Assembly: GCF_018977255.1 (NCBI RefSeq)
Contig: NW_024704742.1
Coordinates: 89,096,001 to 89,160,000, forward strand
Direction: 5' to 3'
From: Callorhinchus milii
Taxonomy: Eukaryota
DNA: 64,000 nt
Shown here one piece after another: positions 1 to 11,960 of this stretch (its first letter is position 1; every line of letters begins with the position of its first letter). Under the pieces are notes generated by a model. It was not told where the DNA came from. It did not search any database and saw only the letters and a list, made by a program, of their open reading frames with translations. The position numbers were made by a program, and so were the translations under genes.

Positions 1-130
1 TAATAATATAATAATAATAATCCTTGAACTTGACATAGCGCCTTATCACATCTTCTAGACGTCTCAAAGCGCTTCACAGAATATACTGTAAAATGAATTG
101 ACTATATTTTGGATGAAACGATAGCGGGTT
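1..130 (-). mobile_element. SINE 3' tail fragment (L2-like tail, (TAA)n end)
   Basis: taataataatccttgaacttgacatagcgccttatcac...gtctcaaagcgcttcacagaatatactg is the reverse complement of the tail on the more complete SINE copies (e.g. 53100-53200, 36130-36232). Confidence 0.75.
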
Positions 131-409
131 ATGGTGATTAGTTAGAAGTGGTAGTTGCAGACAAAGAAAACAGCACAAATGGGAATGTTTTAACGAAACG
201 TATAAAATGTGCAGGCACACGTGCATGGTGTACTAAGGGACAGAAATGTCTAGGTGTGGTCTCCCAGCTGATTAATCTAAAAGCACACATATATTGCAAA
301 ATTATATTTTGCCAACAGGTATTAGTTTTCATATATACAACATGAGGACATGTATCCATTAACGTAGCACAATGCTGATTCTAGTGTTTGTACCAGATGC
401 TTTATGGAC

Positions 410-750
410 AGAGGATAGAGTTCAAAATCCTCGTCCTCGCTTTCAAGGCCTGCCACAGCCTTGCTCCTTCCTACCTCTGTGACCTGCTGACCCAATCTCA
501 ACCTGTCTGCTCCCTCTACTCGGCAACATGTGGCCTGCTCCAAGTCCCCCGCCCAGCCCACCTCATGATCGGCAGTCGGGCTTTTAGCCTTTCTGCTCCC
601 ACTCTTTGGAACTCTATCCCACATTCCCTTCGCCTCGTTCCCTCCCTTGCCTCCTTCAAGGCATGTCTCAAAACCCTCCTCTTCGACTGTGCCTTTGGCT
701 ACTCTCCTTCCCCTCCCTGCCCTCCACCCTCCCCGATCCCATCTCCCAGA
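410..750 (+). mobile_element. L2 LINE 3' fragment (ORF2 C-terminus)
   Basis: QRIEFKILVLAFKACHSLAPSYL...RAFSLSAPTLWNSIP...FKACLKTLLF matches the C-terminus of the L2 at 45170-45450. Confidence 0.9.
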
Positions 751-751
751 T

Positions 752-1545
752 CAACAACAACAACAAAATTACATTTATAGAGCTCCTTTCACGTCAGGAG
801 GATGTCCCAAAGCGCTGAACAGTCAGTTGTCGGGGCCCGAGTATGGGGGAGCGGTGGTGTAGGGGTGAGGGAAGGCAGAGAGGTGGGAGGGAGATCAAAG
901 GCACGGTCAAAGAGAAGGGTCTTGAGACCGGCCTTGAAGGAGGCAAGGGAGGAAGCGAGATGAAGGGACTGTGGGATGAAATTCCAGAGTGTGGGGGTAG
1001 AGAGGCTAAAAGTCTGGCTACCAATGGTAGGGCGGGTCGGGCGCGAAACATAGAGCAGACCGGAGCCCGATGAGCGGAGGGAGCGGGCAGGTTGGTAGGG
1101 AGTCAGCAGGTCAGAGAGGTAGGAGGGAACAAGGCCATGGATGGCCTTAAAGGTAAGGATAAGGATCTTGAACTCAATCCTCTGAGGGATGGGGAGCCAG
1201 TGGAGGTGGGAGAGAGTAGAGAGTGATGGGATCGCGGAGCCTGGTGCATGAGAGTACATGAGCTGCAGAGTTTTGGATTATCTGCAGCTTATGAAGGGAA
1301 GAGTTAGGAAGGCCGATGAGGAGGGAATTCCTGTAATGAAGCCTTGAGGTGACGAATGCGTGGGTGAGGGTTTCGGCAGCTTGAGGGGTGAGGCAGTGGC
1401 GGAGTCTGGCAATGTTGCCGAGGTGGTGGTAGGCAGTGCCGGTCATGGCGCGGATGTGGGGGAAAAAGAACAGTTCAAGGTCAAACGAGACACCCAGGTT
1501 CCTGACTGGCTTGAGTGTGTAGCCGCCAATCGGGTCCAAATTCTT
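752..1545 (-). mobile_element. L2 LINE 3' fragment with (TTG)n tail
   Basis: Minus ORFs VRNLGVSFD...AFVTSRLHY...QNSAAHVL and LHWLPIPQRIEFKIL; (AAC)n at 752-767. Confidence 0.92.
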
Positions 1546-1924
1546 GACTGTTCAGCACCTTGGGACATCCTCCCCACGTGAAAGGCGCTATACAAATATC
1601 ATTTTGTATTGTCTAGCGCCTTTTCACATCAAGAAGTTGTCTCAAAGCACTTCACAGGGTATAGTGTAAAGTGTAATGACTGTGTGTTTTGTGAACAGAA
1701 ATTATTTTTTGTTACCACCTTACAACAATACCCGCATTTCTTTGTGGGTGACACTCAATTGGTTAAAAAACGATTTTTACCTGAATTTAATTTGTAAGAA
1801 AAATTCTTCATACAATCCCATTCATTTCATCGACTGTGTGCTGGGGCGATAAGTAGGTTTATCCATTTATTGAAAGAAAAAATAGATCTGAACTGCTACC
1901 CCCACACCCCACCCACCACAAAAA

Positions 1925-2170
1925 ACATACCCAGGTTATTACTTTGTGACTCTAATGGTCCTTCGTTATATCTCAGACAAAGTAGTGGCACAGCTCACTC
2001 GGTTACTTTCACAATACTGTTTATCTCCCAGCAATCTTCTCACACTGTCCAGTATTACCTCAGTCCATGTGTTAATGGAAAATCCCATAATTTTCAACGG
2101 CAAATCCAATTCCAGTAAAGAATTAAAAATTGTAAATCTTCTGTGTCCCGACACAGCTGATGTGCTTCCA
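1925..2170 (-). pseudogene. Tentative hantavirid-like Gc N-terminal remnant (EVE)
   Basis: ORF 1966..2154 has LLELDLPL (cf. TDLELDFSL) and FSINTWTEVILDSVRRL (cf. FHFQLDKQVVHAEIQNL). Other frames give CWEINSIVK and TWVC (cf. HWMDGTFNIK, SWGC). Weak, by-eye match. Confidence 0.4.
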
Positions 2171-4659
2171 TTAGCTCATTTTGTGCCTCGGGACTACGAG
2201 TCTGATGTGAGGTAAATCAATTGACGTGCCCTTGTGCCAAAAAAGCACAGCCCAATTCAGAAATGACACAGACTGACTCAGTCCAGTGCAAAAATGGAAC
2301 GCTGACCATTACATTTAAGCAATAAGGATAATTCTTGCATTTGATACAGTTGTCAAAGCATGTGAAAAGCTGTTCTCAGGATTTACTGTAAAGTGTACTG
2401 TCTGTCAGAACTCTGCAGCTTGTGGCCTCTCCCACACCAGAGTCCACGAGCCTATCACTCCCAACCTCTCGTGGCTCCACTGGCTCCCCCTCCCCAACCC
2501 CACCCCTCATCAGAGGATCAAGAAGCAAGTCATTCAAATAGAAATTCCTTCATAAGCTTTCAAGAAACATGGAAGAAGAAAATATTTTTCAACTAATCAA
2601 GCCTATTACTTCCACAATTCCACATCGCGGGGCCTATTGTGAGAATCACCCCCATCCATTCCATCCAGTAGCCTACAAAATACAGTCACACCACTTTACA
2701 GTATAATCTGTGAAGCGCTTTGAGGTATCTCAATAACTTGATAAGACGCTCTACCAAGTTCAATGATTGTTATATTATAATCTCCTAGAAGAAGTTCCAC
2801 AGAGATACTCCTCTTAAAAATAAACGTGCAAAACTCCAGAAAATTCATCCATCCCTGCATCGCCCCAGTTCATCTCTGTCCTGCTGACCACTACAGTTGC
2901 TGCTTCCAGCTGATCCAAGCTAAATAAAGGAACGAAACCTGTCAATCATTGGGAAAAAAACTGCCCTCACAACCAGACATACCAAAGCATCAGCCTCAGT
3001 GTTAGCTATATGGCCCTGCTGCCCAGAAACTATCCATCTTCCAACCACTGCCCTTCATATCGTGTACTGTATTTGTGCATCTCAGTCTATCATCCATCCT
3101 TCCAGCCTTCAATAATTAAATATAGATCAATTGGGGAAGAAGAGCTGAAAAGGCTATCATAACACAACCAAATAAATAAGAGCATTGTGATGTTTGATGG
3201 CATTTTGGTGGGCTGAAAATTGTGACCCGTGATATGTTGCTTAACGCTGGTACTGATAATCATAACATTGAAATTTGTGGTGAGTCAGTGATTGAAGACA
3301 TTGTCTGGTGAGCAGCCTTGCTCGACTCTGTCAGAATGTTTGAGCCCGAAGCACCTATTGGATCTATGGGATGCCAGCTGTAGCTGTCCACTGATATCTT
3401 GTGTTAAGATAAACTGCTAACCCCAATGATGCTGGGGTGGGGGGGTGCGAGGGGCGGGGGAGGGGGCAATCATGTGATCGCAATTTTCATCAATTTAGGA
3501 ATTACCACCATTTCTAAATACAGTGCAGTCTCTTATAATGTGCTTCACTACATAGGCAAATTCTGTCAGAATGCATCTGCATTGTGTGCCCCATTCACTG
3601 TACATGTACAACAGTCCCTCTTTCTTCCCACACACCGGCCAGCCAGTTTTTCACATTAAAATTACTAAATTCCATATGGTTAGGTCAGCTCCTCCTTTAT
3701 AGGAAATCAATGACAACAACAACAGCTTGTATTTATATAGCACTTTTCATGCAGGATAGCATCTCGGAGCACCGAGTTGGCCATCTTTAGCTTCCCAGGT
3801 CAGTGGCCAAGTTCCACATTGCACAGAAAACAGGTAGTAACGTCAACATGAGATGATTTTAATGAAATGTGGCCATTTTAGCTTTTTAACACAGGAACCA
3901 GCCGGTGAGCAGAATGTGCATCATCTGGCCTCACGCAGTAAAACCTGCCATCGCACCATAGAAATCTCAAATACTAGGTTCTAACAGGTAAACTTTCATC
4001 CCATTAAAATAGAATTCAAATGACTAGTGAGGATAAGGCTCTACTTGTCTCATACAATATGCACGCACAAATTCCTGGGAACAATTTATTTAACCAAACC
4101 TTTTTTTATAGGGTTCAGAACAATTTACATTTCTCCAAACCAGATTGTTCAGTTTATCCAGTGAGATCTGATAAGCTAATTTTAGGCTTCCTGCACACTC
4201 TCTTATTAATATGGTTACTGTTCATTAATCCAACAGCAGTTTTATTCCTACTACTCCTTGCCACACAGACCTCATATTACAAACTGCTGGTTTAAAAACC
4301 TGCCAGTGACAGGATGAAAGGATAATGCTTCAAAACAGCATTCTGATAGCCTGCGCTATCCAGGCCACCTCAATTCTGTCTAAAAATTTACACTACATCA
4401 CTTTTCCTGTGCAGCTATTGTATTTACATAAATTTGCTTTAAATAATGCATGAATGGAATTCAAAAGACATGTTGGGCCTGTAATGGTTTGGCCTCTCTC
4501 TTTCTCTCTATTTTTGGCAATTGTAAAAGACATTTACTCCTAACAACCACCTACAATTTCTTGAAAATCTAGACCGCCACTTACATGCTGCATAATCTTC
4601 TTAACCAAACCCCCAAAAAATTGTTATTGATTTAATGTCTGTTGCACACAGCACTTTGT

Positions 4660-5350
4660 AGGATAACAGAGCACGACTGAGAGAGGTCGTTTACATTACT
4701 ACTTTAATGGAATTCCCCACATGCTGTATTACTCATACCTCCAGTCAAAGACAAAATCATTTTTAAAATCATTCCTCATGTTCTAAAAAGTCTTCCCACT
4801 GGTGAACATTTACAAAACTCAGCTTTTAATTACTTTTTTATTGACTGCCACCATCTTCATAGGCACCATACATTCCTCTTCCCTTGGGCCCTTGTGCAGA
4901 GGAAAGGCAATTACAAGCATAAAATATAGTGGATGCTTTGATGCTAAGCATAGTGTAACTGTTTGTGAATACAAATCGAGGTACATTGTTTATCCAGCAT
5001 AAGTAGGACAAAACAGCAAACTCAAAATAATTCCGTTCAAAACACAAGAGGTTTGAAACGCTGAAAAATTTCCGGGGACGTTATTTCATTTATTTTTATT
5101 TGATGCGAAGACTGTAATTTTTCTTTTTCCAGTGACCTACTCCGCTTAGCGCTTTCGTTTGCTCAAAAAGCAGCAATTGTTCTCTTAAGCTGCCTCTGCG
5201 TGGCATCTTTGGCAGTAAATTGTCACAATTGTGCCAGTGATTCACTACCCAACCCTTGCTACAAAGCAGGTTTGAGCAAGGGTGGATCGTGCTAGTAGCC
5301 CTGCTCCTGATACTACCTGGAGGAATTGCTTTCACGAGCAGTCAGTCTTG
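4660..5350 (-). pseudogene. Hantavirid-like glycoprotein Gn ectodomain remnant (EVE)
   Basis: In order: SPEIF (cf. SPGLF, ~5080), CWINNVPRFVFT (cf. CDKSAIPLIWT), CNCLSSAQGP..AYEDGG (cf. [21 protein letters not shown]) in ORF 4838..5047, and KVVM*TT (cf. KVILTKT). Confidence 0.65.
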
Positions 5351-5639
5351 CATGCGGTGGAGTGTGCATCAGGCTGGGTTTTACACCCCTTTCACCTTAT
5401 CCCCGCCCATGCTCCTTTAAAAGCTCAGTGGACCATGTTTTAATGTTATTAAAGAAACAGTTGTACAGCCAAGTTTCTATCAACAATAAAATTAAGTAGC
5501 ACTGCATTCTTGAATTTCTGTGGTAAGAGAACTTTACTTTTATTAACGATCAAGTCGTGTGCACACAATTTGGATGTTAAATGATTGTTTCCTTTATTAT
5601 AGTTCCACAGTCAATAATTATACAAAGAGCAAAGACCCA

Positions 5640-5880
5640 TTACCCCAATACACGATGATGGGAGTAACCAGGTTATCAGAAAATGTAAGTATTGATCAGT
5701 TTACCTATCTCTGGGAGTGCAGCAGGCAGCACATGGAATCATCTGACTTTCATCTCACCGATACTGGCTAAAATACCCTCAATTATATCCAAAATCTGAA
5801 TCACATTTGCGCATGTGTTAGCAGTGTTCCCCCACCAGAACCTTCAAACGAGTGGGGATAACTCACATTCCTATTCCACT
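5640..5880 (-). pseudogene. Tentative extreme N-terminus of hantavirid-like L (EVE)
   Basis: IPTRLKVL / IQILDII...EM...PEIGKLI...PGYSHHRVLG keeps the spacing of IHQRVRDL / IDLLDRL...QM...RPIGQVL..AGIPNDIIQG, but the catalytic His is not seen. Confidence 0.33.
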
Positions 5881-6149
5881 TCGGTTCCTTGTACAATAAC
5901 AACAATAACAAATTATATCGGGAGGACATCACAAGGCACTGCAGAAAATACGATAACAAGTGATATGTAGCCACTAGATGTAATTTTAATACCTAATTTT
6001 GACTCACTTTCACATCGTTGGCATTAACTCTTTTTTAACTCAGCTTTTTAAAGTCCCAAGGAATGCGATGTGGGATCTTTAACATCCACCCGGATGTGCA
6101 GATAGGAACTATGCTTTAAGATTGCTTCAGGAGGATGGCACTCCCATCA

Positions 6150-6930
6150 GCTTAATGACCCATAAAGCAGGAATGCAACCACCCCTGACAAGCTAACACC
6201 CTGATAGTGCATGAAAGGAAGGGAAATCAAAGAAATGTCCTTAATAAAAGAGGACATCCTCACTCGTAAACCAAAAGTATATAGATATTTATACTGTATC
6301 TCTACATCTGCTGGATATAAAGCCAAAAGGAGAATAAGAAAGCCTTTGGCTTTTTGATATGCATCCACTCTGCTTTGCTGCCCAGGTGCCTCTGATGGTC
6401 TAAAAGAAGGGATGATAATGCTTTGTGGTTCAGTGATGAAATAGCAATTTTATTGTGTGTTTTCTGCATCTAAATTTCCAAATCACTGACAGCTCAGCTA
6501 CAAAAGGGAAGATGAGGGAGACATGAATTGCTAGAACTGCCAAATAGTTTAGCTCTATCTCCTTAACTAAAGGATTGGGAGGGTCAGTGTGAGAGATAGT
6601 TCAACAAAATATAATAATAATCCTTGTGTTTTGACATTGCATTGAAACGTCTCAAAGTGCTTCACAGATGATTGCTATTAAGTGTAGTGACTGTGATTTT
6701 GTAGACAAATAAGAGTCCCAATTTATGTTGCCTCATTGGTACATGACTTCTCCAGAATAGGACTGAACCTTCCCAGTTGTCCTTCTTTTTCTCCTGGATT
6801 GAAGTAAAATTAAGTAGTGATTTAAGTTGTGGCTTGGAACTGGAGAATCTGGGAATCTAGAAACTAGCAAGCACCCGTCTTCTATGCTGCCACAAAGGAA
6901 CCTCACATCACAGTGATTTGCTTGACGCTA
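6150..6930 (-). pseudogene. L: Hantavirid-like L remnant: endonuclease flank and linker (EVE)
   Basis: 6856-6755 reads IPRFSSSKPQLKSLLNFT|SIQEKKKDNWEGSVLF (cf. IPNSPSGQVLKSFFRMT...GIREKKIKYEGGLQF, with the PD..E core deleted). Then IIIPSFRP...AKGFL...DV...FMHYQG at constant spacing to FNIPDYKP...CKHWL...EV...FLLIQG (includes ORF 6147..6368). A SINE tail is inserted at ~6610-6715. Confidence 0.7.
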
Positions 6931-7289
6931 GTTACAGTAATAGTAATAATCTTTGCATTTAATATAGCGCTTTATCATGTCTAAGAGATGTCTCAAAGGG
7001 CTTCACAGGATAAATTAAGTGGTGTGACTGGGTGCATTTAAGTTCCAGCTGAATGGTCCACGTCCATATATTATTCACAGAATTGTACATTTTAAACCTT
7101 AAAAGCACCCATATACCACCTCAACGAATATTTGTAAAAACTAAACATTTTGAAAGGTATGGTGAATAGAGCATTGGGATTGAAAGGTCTGCAAGATGTA
7201 TATAAACTGGTGGAACAGGCTTCATGGGCTGAGGGGCCACCCCAGTCCCTGTTTTAGTACGTTCCTCTGTTCCTAATATTAACTCAGTT

Positions 7290-7980
7290 GCTTGAACTCC
7301 AGGCTGACCTCCCTGTCGCAGCACTTTCATTCTCACAATATTCTTCCTATGAAGGGGACGTGTCAGTCTGCCATCTTCTGTCAACCAGGTCCATAGCATT
7401 GAATATATTTTGTCACCAATCTGCATGTATTCTCTTCTTATTGAATATTAACTATTGTTGGTAGCCTGCTGGCAACTTACCAAATACATCGCCATAAGTC
7501 AACGTTAGTGAGTAAATGGGACTAGGATGTGAACACAAGAACTCTCTGCTTCCTTCAATCCTAGCCACTTGCCTTTACACTTACCAAAGTGATCTTTCAT
7601 AATAAGTGCTATTTGAATTATTCTATGAAATAAAATAAAAATACTGCGATTTCTTTATTTTTTCCCTTGGAAATCACTTTAAAAAATCATCAGTTCGCAA
7701 CTACAACTACAAGTATATAAATTTCTATTTGTCAATGTAAAATCCTGTGGGCAATATTCCATAAATATTGCCCAGGAAGGCAACCAATATTTGCACTTCG
7801 TTTATTGAATTCCATTGAGATTGTTCCTCAAAAGCCTCCCAGGCATTTGTGCTTCAGTGAACATGATTGTGTAATAAATCCCTTTCTGTCACCATCAAAA
7901 GCTTCTGCTAATATTCTTTCAATATTGACCTCAAAGGATTTTGCTCTATATTTGTTATTGGGTTTATCAGGTCAAGTAAC
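7290..7980 (-). pseudogene. L: Hantavirid-like L remnant: C-terminal region (EVE)
   Basis: Colinear KSFEVNIE (cf. KEFMINVQ), FLGNIYGILPT (cf. LLENFMKGLPA), LIFNKKRIHAD (cf. LIMNKAKISVD) and EEYCENESAATGRS (cf. EETSEGYSTVTSMS). Confidence 0.68.
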
Positions 7981-7986
7981 GCTGTC

Positions 7987-8392
7987 CCAGAGAGGATCGA
8001 CTTCAAGATTCTCACCCTTGTCTTCAAATCCTTGCACTCCTCCACAAGCCCTATCTCTCTGACCTCCTCTTTCCTCAAAACAGTGCCTGTTGCCTTCGTT
8101 CCTCCGGGTCTGGCCTCCTCCTTGTCCCCTGAGTTCTCTGCTCCACCCTCGGCAGCCGTGCCTTCAGCCACTATGTCCCAAGGCTCTGGAATTCCCTTCC
8201 TCACTCCTTTCGCCTCTCCCCCTCTCTTCCTACTTTCAGATCTCTGCTGAAGACCTTTCTTGTTGACCTCGCTTTTGGTCACCTTCCTCCCCCTCCCCCT
8301 GGCTCGGCCCCGGGATCCATTACTGTGAAGCACTCTGAGACACCGTCTGGCGTGGAGAGCGCTATATAAATCCAAATTGTTGTTGTTGTTGT
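7987..8392 (+). mobile_element. L2 LINE 3' end with (TTG)n tail
   Basis: cagagaggatcgacttcaagattctcacc... ending gctatataaatccaaattgttgttgttgttg; closely similar to 59700-60057. Confidence 0.9.
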
Positions 8393-8469
8393 TTAAAGGT
8401 TCAGGATATACTCTTAAGAATAGTGATGGGTTCCCACATGTGTCAGGCTGATCCAAAAAATTAGATGGT

Positions 8470-11400
8470 TTCTCCATGGTTTCTCCTGACTGTCAAAGTA
8501 GACAGGAATTGCTGAGATCTCTAACTGTCTATTGGATTTCAGATGAGCAGTATTCCAAAGTAATCAACAATAGTGTCATGTATATGTATCAGTAAATATA
8601 TGTGTTCTTCAAGAAACAGCAAATAGCCATGGCTTTACATTCATGTATTATGCACACAAAGTGGCTAAGCAGCGTCAGTTTTATACTAACTTACTCACGT
8701 TTGGAAAATTAAGGCAACTTTAGTTGGTATTAACCTTTAGAGTGCTGGCAATTCTACAGGGGCTTTCCCCTCTGGAAGAAGATCGTTTCTGTTTAAGCAC
8801 TGTGATTCTGAAAAGAATATTAATATTCTATAATAAAGCTGGAGGCATCGTGCTTTAATATGTTTAGATTTCTCTCACACTAGTGGGCACTGCAATGAAA
8901 GAACAAGCCCTCTCGCCATTCCATTATATTAGTACATAATACTATTCTGAATGCTTGCATTGGTCATGGATGCAAATGCACCATTAACATGGAGGATATA
9001 GTGCTGCAACTCTGCAAACCAGTATAGCTTCCACTTCTATCACGTATCCATAAAATATGTCACAGTTTGGCTCAGTTGGTTACATGCTGACCCCTGAACT
9101 CAGGATCAGAAGGTTGTGGGTTTAAGCAACACAAAAAGGTTTTGAGCTGGTTTAGGCTGTCAATCTAGCACTGACTAATCTAGTAATTGGGGTACTTCAT
9201 TGAAAGGTCAGCAGGCTGAATAATAATATTTCTTGCATTTGATATAATGCCTTATCATGCTATTGAGACATCTCAAAGTAGTTCACAGGATTATACTGTG
9301 AAGTGTAGGGACTGTGGGTTTTGTAGGTCAAAATAACAGCTAATTTGCATACTGCAATGTCCCATAAACAGCCATGAAGTGAATGATCAATTTTATCAGG
9401 CAGATCGTTGGATAGGATAGAGGGAGAGACTCCCTTCTCTTTTCAACTAGTGCCATAGAATCTTTAATATCCACCTGAACAGGCAGATAGGACCTCGGGG
9501 CTTGAACTCACGATCGTCTGACTCAGAGGTGAGAATGCTATCAAATGAGCCAGGCTGCCATCAACCTTCTCCTTATTACTGTCCCCTAATTGGTTACAAA
9601 CTCAGCTGCATAGCACAGAAAAACAAAGAACTTTGCTCCGTTATGACGTTTGACTAAATATGAACTAGAAATGAGAATATGCTGCAAATGCTGGAGTGAT
9701 ACAAATAATACATGCAAATCAAGTACATCCAAGGAATAGAGACACAGGAATTCCTTCATGTTGATTGATGGTTTTTCAAGCGTGCTGACAAGGTGATTCA
9801 GCAAAAAAATTTAAGCAGTGCTTTAAAATGCCTTGTACTGTATGGGAAGGTTATACACAAGTACTGTGCTGAACACTTCCCAGGCCGATCAGACTCTGAG
9901 TTTACCTCACAAGTGTTGCATTTCCCACTACTCCACCCACATGAGGTCAGCGATCCAATGATGGAACAGTAGGATGCACGCAATATCTGACAGCTTGTTG
10001 ACTTCACAAAATATTGGAAGATCCACATCTGTGTTTGGCGGAGTTGATTGAATTCCAAAGAGAGCACCATTCGATTTGATGAAGTGTTAAGTACCAAAAA
10101 TAAACAGTTCTGTCTGGGTAAAATACACTAAACTGTCCAAAGCACCTTATCACTCAGAAATCTGAACATTTCTTCCAATGGTGTGTCACTTACCAATCAA
10201 ACAAGAGGTATGAGACATATGCAAGCTGACAGCTCCATTCCTTTCTGTCACTTTCTGACGGAACTATATTGAATCGGGTGCACATGAGATGTGGATCATA
10301 CCAAGAAGTGACTATTGTTTTATAGTAAAAACCTGCATGAACCTCTTATAAAAATGTTTTTGTCGTACAGCTAAGTGAGCCCGTGACAAACAAGCATTTG
10401 GTGAGTTAGTCTGTATTCCAGTTTGGAAGAGAAGTTTTGCCTGATTGATGAGACTTGCTAAGGAAGAGGTACAAGTAGAATATCAAAGGGTTTGGGGAGA
10501 AAGCAGGAGAATAGAATCAGACCAAGACTTGAAAGATGCTGTATCAAATGTAAGGATTATAATTATTATGAAAATGTATTAAAAAAACTGATCATCTAAC
10601 AAAATGGCTGACACAACCTGGAAACATCAATGACTATACTTGTATTTGTATAGCGTTCTTCATGCAGGGTAATGTTTTGGGGCACTTAAGATGTTCTTGA
10701 TGTAAATGGACTTAAACTGATGTGTGTATATGAGAAAAAAGAACCTATCCTGGCCTCTTGGAGAGGACAAATAGCTCACCCTGGTCTCCTTCAACACCTG
10801 CCAACAATTGATGTTGACCAGGATCAATTTCAATTTGCTGGAAATAGCTTTGTTTTCCTAAATTACAAATGTAATCCTATAAATGTTGATCCTGCTACTG
10901 GATGTCATGTTCATCACCGTGTATTTAATGGAGTTGATTAGATTGGCTGCATCCTGAATCATGTTGTGAAACAGAACCGGTACGGTGAACATTCAAGGAT
11001 AATTGCATGAGGCAACATATGATATTGTGACATAAGCTTCAAGAGTTTTACTTAGCACCAGGGTTCTTTTGGAACTGGAAACATTTTAATAAAATATATT
11101 CCATTCACAGCAAGGATTCAAGCGTCTGGAAGGCTATCAGTGCTGACAACACAAAGCTGCGTGGGGAAACTAAGATGTCATAAGGCCTCACAGGACAGTG
11201 GAGAGGTCACAACACTGGAGAGGACAGCTGAGAACTGGGAGAGCATTTTGCAAACACCTGTCTAATTTTACATGCTTTTTAAAGGTCATTCAGTCTTAGT
11301 TGTCATCCACTTCCCATCAAAGAGTATACATACATCACACCGTAGACAGAATCAGGCTGTGCAAACTGATTCATTTGGATACTCTACATTCTGTATGAGA

Positions 11401-11960
11401 AGCGCCCTTTGGGTAGTGATCCGGCCAACAAGTTCACAGACATTATCCTAATGGCTGAACAGAGTACTTTTTCTGAATGAATAAAAGCCAGGAAAATGGA
11501 AGTGCAGCTTCCTTGTGCAGTAGCGCTCAGAATAATTTGTAGGCTGACAATTGATGCTCAAAATTTCCTCCAAAAATGAATCTACCAATAATCCCAGCAA
11601 TAAATTCTTGGATTGCACTGTAGCTTCCCAGTGATATCTCCATGAAACAATCAGGACAAGTGTATTCTGGAAATCTAGGGCTCAAATAAGGGAAGAGGGG
11701 TGGTGTTCCACATAGACAGACATAAAAGCAGCAATAGCAGATGCTATATGACAATATTCAACACAGTGCTGTGTTGAAAGACAGCTTACTTCTGGATTGA
11801 TGTGATGGGACCTTATTCTACCATCTCATGCCAGATGTGCAATGAAAAGACCCTAAATCCTTCAGCAATGGCTCTGTGATGCTTGGAAATTCAGACATTC
11901 TGGAGATGAACAAGCGATCACCTTGTTTGCGTTCACCTCTGCCTCCTTGGAAAATAATGT
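8470..11960 (+). pseudogene. L: Hantavirid-like L polymerase remnant, PA-C-like region through RdRp core (EVE-A)
   Basis: Colinear pieces: SMVSPDCQSRQELLRSLTVY (8473; cf. STISSDQCDTRIGCLEVLKVH), YYAHKV..TF (8646), HFPLLH...LVDFTKY (cf. HFPLQH...IFDNLRY), STSVFGG..RAPF, LFYSKNLHE (10315; cf. FLFEKGLHG), LSTRVLLELETF (cf. LPTRVRLEIIEDY), NW/FANTCLILHA (motif B, 11233), LHS[D]E (motif C, 11387, 1-nt insertion), WK, LKISSK (motif D, 11557), DIKAA-SRC (cf. DLAAAQSRC), RHSGDEQAITLFAF (11893; cf. RRDGDRYVLGLFKF). Interrupted by SINEs at ~9063-9560 and tail fragments at ~10530-10690. Confidence 0.8.
9063..9560. mobile_element. Two Deu-type tRNA-SINE fragments (+ head, then - copy) inserted in EVE-A
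   Basis: ttggctcagttgg...tcagaaggttgtgggtttaagc (A/B-box head) followed by a reverse-complement body and tail. Confidence 0.75.

Noticed and set aside
3285..3325. IEDIVW*AA as the Gn/Gc WAASA cleavage site
   Set aside because: Flanking sequence does not match the expected neighbours; single short match.
5100..5350. Conserved non-coding element (also considered for 26300-26800 and 60280-60640)
   Set aside because: Conservation cannot be seen from one sequence, and these stretches fit the colinear Gn or N reading.
6170..6300. Plus-strand TPDK..E..K...Y as an endonuclease active site
   Set aside because: The minus strand of the same DNA gives a longer constant-spacing L alignment. This shows that short by-eye matches can be spurious.
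7745..7970. Alternative alignment to the L N-terminal linker
   Set aside because: The C-terminal alignment is colinear with the adjacent 7500-7290 piece, and the linker is already accounted for at 6150-6480.
9950..10080. Mononegavirus-like L (AEL..F..GHP region)
   Set aside because: No GHP or GDNQ motif nearby; the surrounding motifs fit a segmented-virus (SDD-type) polymerase.
11127..11159. WKAISADNTK as RdRp motif A
   Set aside because: It looks like motif A, but its spacing from LELETF and to the next W (21 codons) fits the upstream YISYGG..ALRW region with a single deletion. Left ambiguous and not used as key evidence.
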